A stretch of DNA of 64,000 nt from positions 992,001 to 1,056,000 of the forward strand of contig CAVQEQ010000003.1 in assembly GCA_963711565.1 (NCBI GenBank). The letters run 5' to 3'. A program made the translations under genes and the position numbers. How positions within the stretch are numbered: position 1 is the stretch's first letter; every line of letters starts with the position of its first letter. Under the pieces are notes generated by a model. The model was given only the letters and a program-made list of their open reading frames with translations. It had not been told where the DNA came from and did not search any database. Source of the stretch: an uncultured delta proteobacterium (GTDB lineage: Bacteria; Desulfobacterota; Binatia; Binatales; Binataceae). Positions 55,659-64,000 of the stretch are shown here, piece by piece.

Positions 55659-57017
55659 ATGGCGCCAATTTCTTTTCCGAAAGGCTTTTTGTGGGGGACC
55701 GCCAGTGCCTCCTACCAAATCGAGGGCGGATGGGACCAGGACGGCAAGGGCGAGTCGATTTGGGATCGCTTCTCGCACACGGCCGGCAAGATTAAGCATG
55801 GCGATACCGGCGACATCGCGTGCGATTTCTACCATCGTCATACCGATGACATCGCGCTGATGGCTGACCTTGGGCTCAATGCCGCGCGAATTTCGCTTTC
55901 ATGGCCGCGGATCATGCCCGTCGGCAAGGGTCCGGTGAATCAGAAGGGCCTCGACTTCTATCGGCGTATCGTGGACGAGATGCTCGCGCGCAATATCCAG
56001 CCGTGGGTGACGCTCTATCATTGGGATCTACCGCAGGCGCTCGAGGACGGCGGCGGATGGCCGAATCGCGACCTCGCCGAATATTTTCGCGACTACGCCG
56101 CTGTCGTCGCCGACGCGCTCGGCGATCGCGTGAAACATTGGATGGTGTTCAACGAGCCGTGGATTTTTACGATCCTCGGGTACCATCTTGGGGTACATGC
56201 TCCCGGACGCCACGACCTTGGCGACGCAATCAAGGCGACGCATACCGTCAATCTCGCGCAGGGCATGGCGGTGAGGGCGCTCCGCGAATCGAAGAACCAT
56301 CCCGAGGCAGTCGGCACGGCATTCAGCATGTCGCCGGTGCATCCGGAGGCGGGGTCGCTGGAGGATCGCACGGCGGCCGAGCGATGGCATCGATTTTTCA
56401 ACCTGTGGTTTCTCGAGCCCGTGATGCGCGGCAAATATCCGCAGGCCTACCTGGACGGCACGGTCGAGGATCGCGTCGAGATTCGCGCCGGCGACATGGA
56501 CATCGTCAAAGCGCAGCTCGACTTCATCGGGATCAATCTGTACACGCGCGCAGTGGTCGCGCACGATTCGCACGATCACAATATGGGTGTGAAGCAGATT
56601 GGGGCGAGCGGCGGGGAAATCACCGACTTCGGCTGGGAAGTGTATCCGCAGGCGCTGTCGGAAATGATCCTGCGCGTCCACAAGGACTACCCCGGTATCC
56701 CGATCTACGTGACCGAGAACGGATGCTCATACGGCGACGGGCCGGGCGCTGATGGCAAGGTCAACGACCAGCGCCGCGTCAGCTTCCTGCGCCGCTATAT
56801 CGCGGAGGTCGGGCACGCGATGAAACAGGGTGCGGACGTGCGCGGTTATTTTCTGTGGACGTTCACGGACAACTTCGAATGGAGCCAAGGATTTCAGCAG
56901 CGCTTCGGAATCGTGCACTGCGACTTCAAGACGCAGGAAAGAATCGTCAAGGAGAGCGGGCACTGGTACTCGCGGCTGGCGCGGAGCGGCGCGCTCGATT
57001 TCGATCCGGTAATTTGA
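55659..57017 (+). CDS. Glycoside hydrolase family 1 beta-glucosidase
   Basis: FLWGTASASYQIEG, TLYHWDLP, FNEP, VTENG, DNFEW. Confidence 0.96.
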   Translation: MAPISFPKGFLWGTASASYQIEGGWDQDGKGESIWDRFSHTAGKIKHGDTGDIACDFYHRHTDDIALMADLGLNAARISLSWPRIMPVGKGPVNQKGLDFYRRIVDEMLARNIQPWVTLYHWDLPQALEDGGGWPNRDLAEYFRDYAAVVADALGDRVKHWMVFNEPWIFTILGYHLGVHAPGRHDLGDAIKATHTVNLAQGMAVRALRESKNHPEAVGTAFSMSPVHPEAGSLEDRTAAERWHRFFNLWFLEPVMRGKYPQAYLDGTVEDRVEIRAGDMDIVKAQLDFIGINLYTRAVVAHDSHDHNMGVKQIGASGGEITDFGWEVYPQALSEMILRVHKDYPGIPIYVTENGCSYGDGPGADGKVNDQRRVSFLRRYIAEVGHAMKQGADVRGYFLWTFTDNFEWSQGFQQRFGIVHCDFKTQERIVKESGHWYSRLARSGALDFDPVI

Positions 57018-57039
57018 GCGCGCGCAGCGCGCGAACGAG

Positions 57040-57404
57040 GAAACCGGAACCGGCTTCGCGTGCGCGAAGCTGTCCGGAGGCCAGAAGCCATTTCCTCCCG
57101 TCGCTGACGCTCCCGTCGTCAGGATGACAAAAAATGCGGCACGGGTGACCTCCTTCGGCAGGCTCAGGACAGGCTCCGCACCCGGTATTTTTGGTTTGTG
57201 GTCTGCCCGCTCCGTTGTCGCTCTTGTTTGTGATGACTATCGAGATGGAACTTGGTTTCTTCAGCATGGCGGGCCGAGTAGCAGTGGGGCGGGCCGCCGT
57301 GCCCGCCAGGATGACAGACAAATGCGAATCTGTTTGGGAGAGAGGCCACTCAGCGGCGGGCACGGCGGCCCGCCCCACTGCTCACGGCGGCCCGGCCCAC
57401 TGCT
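57040..57404. repeat. Intergenic REP cluster including a REPIN-like 28-bp perfect inverted pair
   Basis: AGCAGTGGGGCGGGCCGCCGTGCCCGCC 57280-57307 / 57355-57382 plus partial tandem copy; 57040-57128 related to 63804-63885 inverted. Confidence 0.75.
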
Positions 57405-57426
57405 AGAGAGAAGCTGAGGGGGCGCG

Positions 57427-58008
57427 ATGAGTGGCGGGGAATTTCTGATGTGGCTGCATCTATGCGCGATGGCGTCGTACGTCGGCGCGCAGTTCGCGGT
57501 CATCTATATGCTGATACCGGCGGCCGAGACCGCGCCCAACGAGGCCGCACGGCGCGCGAGCCTGATCGCGGGCTTCAAGTTCTATAACCCGTTCACGATC
57601 GGCGTGCTGGGAATTATTGTGATTAGCGGCGCGATGCGCCTGACGGATTTGAAAGCGTCGATGAAGTTCGACTACTTCGCGCGAATCGGTTCCGCGCTCG
57701 AACTGAAACTGGCACTGGCGTTCGTTCTCATCTTTATCCAGACCTACATCACGTTCGGACTGGCGTTCAGAATCGGGCGCCAGGAAGAGGTGGCCGCACA
57801 CGGCGACGGCGAGGCGTTCACCGTCAAGCAGCTCAACTCGATGCTGCGGAGAATTCGCGCGATGGCATGGTTGACGATCGTGCTGGCTGCCGCCGTCATC
57901 TGGGTATCGCTCACGATGGTCGCGCGCGCGGTGGACGAGCCGGTCACCGCGTCACAAATCTCCGCGCGGGCCGAGCCCGCGATGTTGGCGACGCGCGTCA
58001 TGACTTAG
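57427..58008 (+). CDS. CopD-like four-TM membrane protein
   Basis: WLHLCAMASYVG, VISG, LKLAL, four hydrophobic helices. Confidence 0.6.
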   Translation: MSGGEFLMWLHLCAMASYVGAQFAVIYMLIPAAETAPNEAARRASLIAGFKFYNPFTIGVLGIIVISGAMRLTDLKASMKFDYFARIGSALELKLALAFVLIFIQTYITFGLAFRIGRQEEVAAHGDGEAFTVKQLNSMLRRIRAMAWLTIVLAAAVIWVSLTMVARAVDEPVTASQISARAEPAMLATRVMT

Positions 58009-58184
58009 TGCGCGAGCGCCAACAGCGAGCCGACAATGTACGCGACGGTGATGATGCCGAAGATTGCGCCCGGGATTTCGTTCAGGATGTTGTACTGGGC
58101 GAGCCGGGTCGCGGCGCTGACTTCAGTCGTCTCGTCGATCGACGCGATTCCTGCGAACCTTGCTTCTGTGGTTGATGCGTTCAT
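58005..58184 (-). CDS. 59-aa membrane microprotein, paralog 2 (absent from ORF track)
   Basis: Hand translation MNASTTEARFAGIASIDETTEVSAATRLAQYNILNEIPGAIFGIITVAYIVGSLLALAH*; RBS GGGAGG. Confidence 0.8.
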   Translation of the reverse strand: MNASTTEARFAGIASIDETTEVSAATRLAQYNILNEIPGAIFGIITVAYIVGSLLALAH

Positions 58185-58215
58185 TTCAAATTCCTCCCGT
58201 AACTTTTTCGGACGA

Positions 58216-58392
58216 CTAGGCCAATGCCACCAGCGAGCTGATGACGTAACCGAGGGTGATCAGGCCGAACACGATGCCGGGGAGTTCGCTGAGCAGACTG
58301 TTCTGCGCGAGCCGGGTTCCGGCGGTGGCTTCGACCGCTTCGTTGGTGTTTACGATTCCGTTAAGGGTTGCTTCGTTGGTAGTTGCGTTCAT
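58216..58392 (-). CDS. 58-aa membrane microprotein, paralog 1
   Basis: MNATTNEATLNGIVNTNEAVEATAGTRLAQNSLLSELPGIVFGLITLGYVISSLVALA*; RBS GGAGG. Confidence 0.8.
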   Translation of the reverse strand: MNATTNEATLNGIVNTNEAVEATAGTRLAQNSLLSELPGIVFGLITLGYVISSLVALA

Positions 58393-58430
58393 TTTCGTGT
58401 CCTCCGTATTCAGTGACTTGGCAGTGGTGG

Positions 58431-58446
58431 AGCAACCTCTGTGCCA
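58431..58446 (-). promoter_or_regulatory. Sigma54 promoter of the microprotein pair
   Basis: Minus strand TGGCACAGAGGTTGCT = consensus TGGCAC-N5-TTGCW. Confidence 0.85.
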
Positions 58447-58528
58447 TCGGAAAAACTCTCTAATTGGCAAGGGCTTTCCAGACCAATACTTCGATGCTCA
58501 TGGCTTGATCTTAATAAAAAGTAAGGGA

Positions 58529-58541
58529 AATCAACGACTTA
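58529..58541. promoter_or_regulatory. IHF binding site candidate
   Basis: AATCAACGACTTA = WATCAA-N4-TTR, preceded by an A-rich tract, ~80 bp upstream of the sigma54 site. Confidence 0.65.
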
Positions 58542-58707
58542 TGGCGCATCGCAGAATGCGAGACAGAATCGGGTCAATTTACATTTTCGCGGTAAGTTTC
58601 CTCTTTCGCGAATCGGCGCAAGCAGCCGCATGCAGCAATTCTGCTGCGGGTCGGTGTCCGTCCCGCCCTGCTTTGATCCTTCTCACCGCATCTGCGAAAG
58701 TGGCGTG

Positions 58708-59481
58708 ATGGCGAGCGAAGTGAATCAGGACGCGCCCCGATCCGACAGCAAGGCGACCGGCGGATTGAAGCCGACGACCGCGATGCTGCTGGCCGAGGCG
58801 ATCGCCAAGCCCGGCGAGCAACCGCATTTCATCCACAGCCTGGCGCTGCGGTTCGCGGAGACTGCGATCTTCCTGGTCGCGGTTATCGGCGCGATCGCCT
58901 TGGGACTCGGCATCACGGCGTACTTCGGCGAGCATCGCTACGTACTCGCGTACCTGGCGGCGTATGCGGGATTTCGCTTTTCCGATTTGATTGTGCGCGA
59001 CGATGTCGAAGACAGCCCGCCGCGCGAAGAGCTGTCCCGGCGGATCGTCGCGCAGCTTCCGCTGCTGGTGGTGTTTGCCGCGGCGCCATTCGAGCGCACC
59101 TACGTTTACGGCGGAGCGGCGCCCGCGTTCGTCCGCGCGCTCGGGCTGTTACTCGAGCTGCTGGGAATGTGGCTCGCGCTCGGCGCGCGCATCCAACTCG
59201 GATTCTTCACCTCGGGAAGGACGCCGGAGCACCCGGTGCTCGTCACGCGCGGCTTTTATCACTACGTGAGGCATCCGATATACGCGGGCACGTTCCTGGT
59301 GACGTTCGGCTGGACGCTCATCTACGGCGCGCCGGTGACCGCGGTCCTGACGGTGATTATCGGAGCGATTTTCGCGCAGCGGCGGATGAAGTCGGAAGAA
59401 GCGGCGATGCGTGCGCGCTTCGGCGAAGAGTACGACACCTACCGGCGCGAGACGGACGCGTTGATCCCGGCTATCTGGTAA
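58708..59481 (+). CDS. Isoprenylcysteine carboxyl methyltransferase (ICMT/STE14) family membrane protein
   Basis: LVTRGFYHYVRHPIYAG, EE..MRARFGEEY..Y, LIP. Confidence 0.88.
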   Translation: MASEVNQDAPRSDSKATGGLKPTTAMLLAEAIAKPGEQPHFIHSLALRFAETAIFLVAVIGAIALGLGITAYFGEHRYVLAYLAAYAGFRFSDLIVRDDVEDSPPREELSRRIVAQLPLLVVFAAAPFERTYVYGGAAPAFVRALGLLLELLGMWLALGARIQLGFFTSGRTPEHPVLVTRGFYHYVRHPIYAGTFLVTFGWTLIYGAPVTAVLTVIIGAIFAQRRMKSEEAAMRARFGEEYDTYRRETDALIPAIW

Positions 59482-60088
59482 TCCCCAAGCTCCGAGCTTC
59501 GTGCTGGCAGCGGATCCGCGAGCAATAGAGTTCGTCGCCGAGGCTTACGAACTTTTTGCCGCATTTCAGGCATTCGCGAATCGATTCTCCCACGTCAAGC
59601 TGTGTGGCGAGCTGTTCTTCGATGGCTGAGTCGCCGCTCCTCGAGCCACGCGTGTTTCGCTTCTCGGACCACACGGCGTCGGCAACTGGCTTTCCCTGCG
59701 CGCCCATCAGGGCGAGTTCGTCGGCGCGATTGTTGATCGGATCGTCGCCGTGTCCGCGCACCCAATCGAAGCGCACGTGGCGCAACTTTGTTTCGGTATC
59801 AAGCAGCGCCCACAAATCCTGATTCTTGTTGCGCTTCCAATGCAGCGTCATCGTATTCACGACGTACTTGCTGTCACTGCGCAGGATGACGTCGGCATCG
59901 GGTGCGGTCGCGCGTAGTCCCTCGATCACGCCCGTCAATTCCATGCGGTTGTTGGTGGTCGCGTCTTCGTGGCCGTTGAGTTCGGTCACGACGCCGTCTG
60001 GAGCGCGCACGACGACACCCCATCCGCCAGGCCCGGGATTGCCGAGGCAAGAGCCGTCTGCGTAGACGAGATATTCGCGAGATGCCAC
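59471..60088 (-). CDS. rnhA: Ribonuclease HI with C-terminal Cys4 extension
   Basis: YADGSCLGNPGPGGWG, TTNNRMEL, SDSKYV, WVRGH, NNRADELA. Confidence 0.95.
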   Translation of the reverse strand: MASREYLVYADGSCLGNPGPGGWGVVVRAPDGVVTELNGHEDATTNNRMELTGVIEGLRATAPDADVILRSDSKYVVNTMTLHWKRNKNQDLWALLDTETKLRHVRFDWVRGHGDDPINNRADELALMGAQGKPVADAVWSEKRNTRGSRSGDSAIEEQLATQLDVGESIRECLKCGKKFVSLGDELYCSRIRCQHEARSLGITR

Positions 60089-60097
60089 GGCCGGATT

Positions 60098-61556
60098 CTA
60101 GCTGAGGCCGCGGGATTTTCGGAGCCGCGTGAACCAATCGACGTACTGCTGCGCCGCATTCGGCCACGAAAAATCCGACGCGAAGCAGTTTGCCATCAGC
60201 CGCCGCCATGTCGCGCGGTCGCGGAACGTTGCCACCATCCTCGCGAGCGCGGCGACCATTTCGTCCGCGGTGAAGTTGTCGAACGCGAAGCCGTTGCCAG
60301 TGCCCGTCGCGACATCGAACTCGCTGACCGTGTCGCGCAATCCGCCGGTGGCGCGCACGACGGGCGCGGCGCCATAGCGCAGCGCGTACATCTGCGTTAG
60401 TCCGCACGGTTCGAAGCGCGACGGCATCAGGAACGCGTCGCAGCCGGCCTGGATTCGATGCGCAGTGGTATTGTTGAACTCGATTATCGCGCGAAGTTTA
60501 TCGGGGTAGCGCGCCTCGGCGTCTTTGAAAAATTTCTTCGAGCGCTTCGTCGCCGCTCGCCAGCATGACGAGCTGCAAATCCAGGCGCATCACGGCGTCG
60601 AGCGCATCCTTGAGCAGGTCCACGCCTTTTTGCTCCGTCATGCGCGTGACCATTCCGACCAGCGGCCAATCTTCATGATTGGGAAGCTTGAGCGAATCGC
60701 GCAGCGCGCGCGTGCAGGCGCGTTTGCCGTCGGGTTTCGTGGGCATGTAGGTCGCCGCGATTTCGCGGTCGATAGCGGGGTTCCACTCGTGGTAGTCGGC
60801 GCCGTTGAGGATGCCGACGAAATCCGCGCCCTTGTCGCGGAGCACTCCCTCGAGTCCAAAGCCGAGTTCCGGGTCGGTGGTAATTTCGCGCGCGTAAGTG
60901 GGACTGACAGTTGATGCGCCGTCGGATAGGACGATCGCGCCCTTCATCAGATTCAAGTGATTGTAAAATTCCAGGTAGTTGACCGAAAAATATGGCGCGT
61001 CGATATTCAGAAGCCCGAAGTCCTCGCGCTTGCCGATGCCCTGGAAGGCGAGATTGTGAATCGTGAAGACCGACAGCGCCCGCTTGAACATCGGGCGCAG
61101 GGCGCCGTCGGCGCGCATCGCAATCGGCGCGGCGGCGGAATGCCAATCGTGTGCGTGGACAAGGTCGGGCGCGATTATCTCAGCGGAGGCGACCGCGGCG
61201 GCGCGGCCGAAGAAGATGAAGCGCCGCATGTTGTCGGGATAGTCCATCCCATGCTCGCCGTAGATTTCGGGACGCGCGAAAAATCCGGGATGATCGATCA
61301 GATACATCGGCACGCCGTGGGGATCGGTCGCGCGCAAGACCGAGAAACGTTCAACGCCGGCGCCGAAGCGCATCGGGATATTGCGCAGAACGGGAGCGGT
61401 CTCGACGTTGTCGATAATCGAAGGGTAGCCGGGGACGATCAGTGAGGGTTGTTCGCCAGCGTCTTTCAATGCGCCGGGCAACGAGCCGATGACGTCGGCG
61501 AGGCCGCCGGCTTTTGCATAGGGCGCGGCTTCGGCCGCAACGATCGTAATTTTCAC
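60098..61556 (-). CDS. glgA: Glycogen synthase; apparent 1-bp insertion near 60537
   Basis: KAGGLADV, HAHDWH, TIHNLAFQG, MPSRFEPCGLTQMYALRYG; the two ORFs join if one A is removed from GAAG. Confidence 0.93.
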
Positions 61557-61574
61557 GGGATGGGGTGTCCGAAG

Positions 61575-61845
61575 AACGATCCCTCGCCCGTAATTTTACG
61601 GGAGAGGTTAGGTGAGGGTTCTGGGCTCATCTAGTAATGCGAGGAAGGATCGATTCTTCGCTGCGCTCTGAATGACACAAAGAAGGAAGAGGACACAAGA
61701 AAGCGACGTTGCATAGTTGTCGCTTGAATCGCAGCACCCTCACCTACCGGCGGCTACGCCGGCCGCCTCTCCCGTAAAGGGCGAGGTAAGAGTCGGACGC
61801 CAGCCCATCTGATATCCTGTGCAGGAGGTCACCCCCTGCCCTTCC
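61575..61845. repeat. Intergenic REP cluster
   Basis: GGGAGAGGTTAGGTGAGGG, GATTCTTCGCTGCGCTCTGAATGAC, CCCTCACC...CCTCTCCCGTAAAGGGCGAGG, family A copy. Confidence 0.65.
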
Positions 61846-61905
61846 CGGCGCGGGACTTTCGATCTTTCGGCGATTGCGCTAAACGAACGGTATGGAGGTA
61901 ATGCA

Positions 61906-63018
61906 ATGAAATTCGGCCTCTTCTATGAAATCTCGGTACCGCGACCATGGGGGCGCGAAACCGAAAAAACTGTCTACGACAACTGCCTCGAGCAGGTTGC
62001 CCTCGCCGATTCGCTCGGCTTTGATTCCGTGTGGGCCGTCGAGCATCACTTCCTCGAAGAATATTCGCATTGCCCCGCGCCCGAGCTGTTCCTGACCGCA
62101 TGCGCGATGAAGACCAAGAAAATGCGCGTCGGTCACGGCATCGTGGTGTGCGTGCCCGAGTTCAATCATCCGATAAAAATTGCCGAGCGCACGGCAGTGC
62201 TCGACATTCTTTCCGGCGGCCGTCTCAACGTCGGCACCGGCCGATCCGCGACCTGGACCGAGCTGGCGGGCTTTCGCGCCAGCCCCGACGAGACCAAGAA
62301 AACCTGGGACGAGTTCGTCCATTGCTTGCCGAAGATGTGGACGCAGGAGCGCTTCTCCTACCAGGGACGATCATGGTCGATGCCGCAGCGGACGATTGTG
62401 CCGAAGCCGTATCAGAAACCGCATCCGCCGCTGTGGGTCGCGGTCACCAGTCCCGGCACCGAGATCGACGCGGCCGAGCGCGGGATGGGCAGTCTCGGGC
62501 TGACCTTTGGCGGATTCGCCGAGCAGGACGAGAAGGTCAAGCGCTATCGCAAGATTATCAAGAACTGCACGCCGGTCGGCGAGGTTGTGAACGAAGCCGT
62601 GTCGACGGTGAACTTTTTGTATTGTCATGAAGACGACGCCGAGGGCGTGAAGGTCGGCAAGCGTCTCACCGGCACCTTCAACTATCTCGCGGCGCAGTTG
62701 CTCGCCGCGCGCGAGGCGTATCCGAGCAAATCGTATCCGTCACTCGGGTTGCTGCCGTCGCTGCGTCAGGATGCGGCGGGGCCCGGCGATGCGTCGGGCG
62801 CACCGGAGGGTATCGCGATCGGAAATCCCGCGCGCATTACGCGCGAGATGAAGAAGTGGGAGGCGGTCGGCGTCGATCGCGTCAACTTCCTGCTGAACGC
62901 GCTCGAGACCGTGCCGCAGCAAAAGGTACTCGACAGTATCCGGCTGTTCGCGAAAGAAGTGATGCCGCATTTCCAGGGCGCGAGCGATTCCGCTTCGGCC
63001 GCCGCAGGAGGTCGTTGA
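61906..63018 (+). CDS. LLM-class (luciferase-like) flavin-dependent oxidoreductase
   Basis: MKFGLFYE, VWAVEHHFLEEYSH, LDILSGGRLNVGTGRS, PKPYQKPHPPLW. Confidence 0.94.
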   Translation: MKFGLFYEISVPRPWGRETEKTVYDNCLEQVALADSLGFDSVWAVEHHFLEEYSHCPAPELFLTACAMKTKKMRVGHGIVVCVPEFNHPIKIAERTAVLDILSGGRLNVGTGRSATWTELAGFRASPDETKKTWDEFVHCLPKMWTQERFSYQGRSWSMPQRTIVPKPYQKPHPPLWVAVTSPGTEIDAAERGMGSLGLTFGGFAEQDEKVKRYRKIIKNCTPVGEVVNEAVSTVNFLYCHEDDAEGVKVGKRLTGTFNYLAAQLLAAREAYPSKSYPSLGLLPSLRQDAAGPGDASGAPEGIAIGNPARITREMKKWEAVGVDRVNFLLNALETVPQQKVLDSIRLFAKEVMPHFQGASDSASAAAGGR

Positions 63019-63773
63019 TGCCGCCGCGTTTTGGAAAGCTCGATCTGGCCGCATGGGCCAAGTCGGTACCCACGATCAACAGCTACAAAACGGAGCCGTG
63101 GATTTTGAAGGGCGCGAAGATTCTCACGATCAACATGGAGATCGACGACGACCCCGCCGACAACCTGATCCCGGCGACGATGCATCCGTCGATTCCGGAG
63201 TACGCGATTTTCTGCGTGACGACGTATCCGGAGAGCCCGGTCGGCGCGTTCTCGATTGCCGAGGTGCGAGTCTCGGGCCGCACCGGCGTCCGTCCGCGAG
63301 GCTTCGTGCTGCGCAGTTACTGCGACAACGACGACGCGCGGCGCGAGATGGCCGCACGATGGGGTTATCCGACGGTGGCGGGCGAGGTGAAGCTCGACAT
63401 CCGCCACGACCGCGTCGTCGGCCGTGCGAGCGCCGCGGGCAAGCCGGTGCTCGAATGCGAGCTGCTGGATCGCGACATGATCTCCGGCGGCGACATCCAG
63501 TACATCGCGAGCATGCATCTCGCGCGCAACAAGGACGACGGCAAGCTGGTGCTGGTGCAGGTCGATCCGGAGTTCACGTTCTCGAAGGCGGAGCGCGGCA
63601 AGCCGCGAATCGTCCTGCTCGACAACGACGCATTCGGCGCCGGCAGGTATCTGCGGCTCGACAACCCGATTTCTGCGACGTTCACGACCGCCGACGTGAC
63701 GCTGCCGAAGCTTCGCTACATCTGCAATCCCGAGTTGCCGGCGATGCAGGGTACGACGAAGGTTGCGGCCTGA
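63018..63773 (+). CDS. Acetoacetate decarboxylase-like family protein
   Basis: ESPVGAFSIAEV, WGYPT; TGATG coupling to LLM gene. Confidence 0.75.
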   Translation: MPPRFGKLDLAAWAKSVPTINSYKTEPWILKGAKILTINMEIDDDPADNLIPATMHPSIPEYAIFCVTTYPESPVGAFSIAEVRVSGRTGVRPRGFVLRSYCDNDDARREMAARWGYPTVAGEVKLDIRHDRVVGRASAAGKPVLECELLDRDMISGGDIQYIASMHLARNKDDGKLVLVQVDPEFTFSKAERGKPRIVLLDNDAFGAGRYLRLDNPISATFTTADVTLPKLRYICNPELPAMQGTTKVAA

Positions 63774-63803
63774 ACGGAGGTTGCCTGCGCGCTTTCTTTT
63801 TCG

Positions 63804-63965
63804 GTCATCCTGACGGAGCGAGCATCGCTAGCGGCAGGAAGGATCCCGGACAACTTCGCGCATGCGAAGCCGGTTCGGATTCCGCGATGCGCGTGAGCGC
63901 CGCCTTTATTACGCCGGACGCAGGAACGTCCGTCGAGATTCTTCGCCGCAGCGGATCAGAATGAC
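63804..63965. repeat. GTCAT...ATGAC type REP/REPIN element
   Basis: GTCATCCTGACGGAGCG...GAGATTCTTCGCCGCAGCGGATCAGAATGAC; related to 57040-57128. Confidence 0.65.
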
Positions 63966-64000
63966 GGAGGGGGAATGCCTGAACCCTGGCGCTTCGAAAA

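Noticed and set aside
60098-61556. glgA pseudogene or programmed frameshift
   Set aside because: Both halves are otherwise well conserved and the one-base insertion fits the window-wide indel pattern.

Overview
GC-rich bacterial chromosome segment; gene content resembles Candidatus Binatota/Myxococcota-like soil bacteria (inference only). Bases 1-22927 are the right part of a tRNA-fMet-targeting integrative element. Its backbone (13979-22927) has an ImmR/ImmA-like switch, a lone VirB2/TrbC pilin, DUF2274, an oriT candidate, an RHH protein, a coupling protein, a MobF relaxase, Xis, a tyrosine integrase and a duplicated tRNA 3' end. Its probable cargo is a sigma54-driven CoA-transferase pair, IS21/IS3 debris, a secreted lytic-transglycosylase-like protein and a broken giant surface protein. 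Immediately after the att site is a complete 3.8-kb IS1595 transporter element (perfect 23-bp TIRs, 8-bp TSD) carrying a ParB/HEPN-like plus Dam methyltransferase pair; it destroyed the stop codon of a nitroreductase. The rest is mostly core metabolism (rng, moaC, trxB, rnhA, glgA, GH1, MMPL, ABC) with many nested REP/MITE repeats and three accessory spots. These are a GIY-YIG/DUF4760/AbiTii islet between inverted MITEs, a 5-kb Dlt-like island (adenylation enzyme, carrier protein, divergent MBOAT, stand-alone NRPS-type methyltransferase) bounded by a diverged duplication of the rng 3' end, and a sigma54/IHF-type promoter driving two paralogous ~59-aa membrane microproteins. Five single-base indels look like long-read errors. 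No CRISPR array, rRNA or intact tRNA is present.
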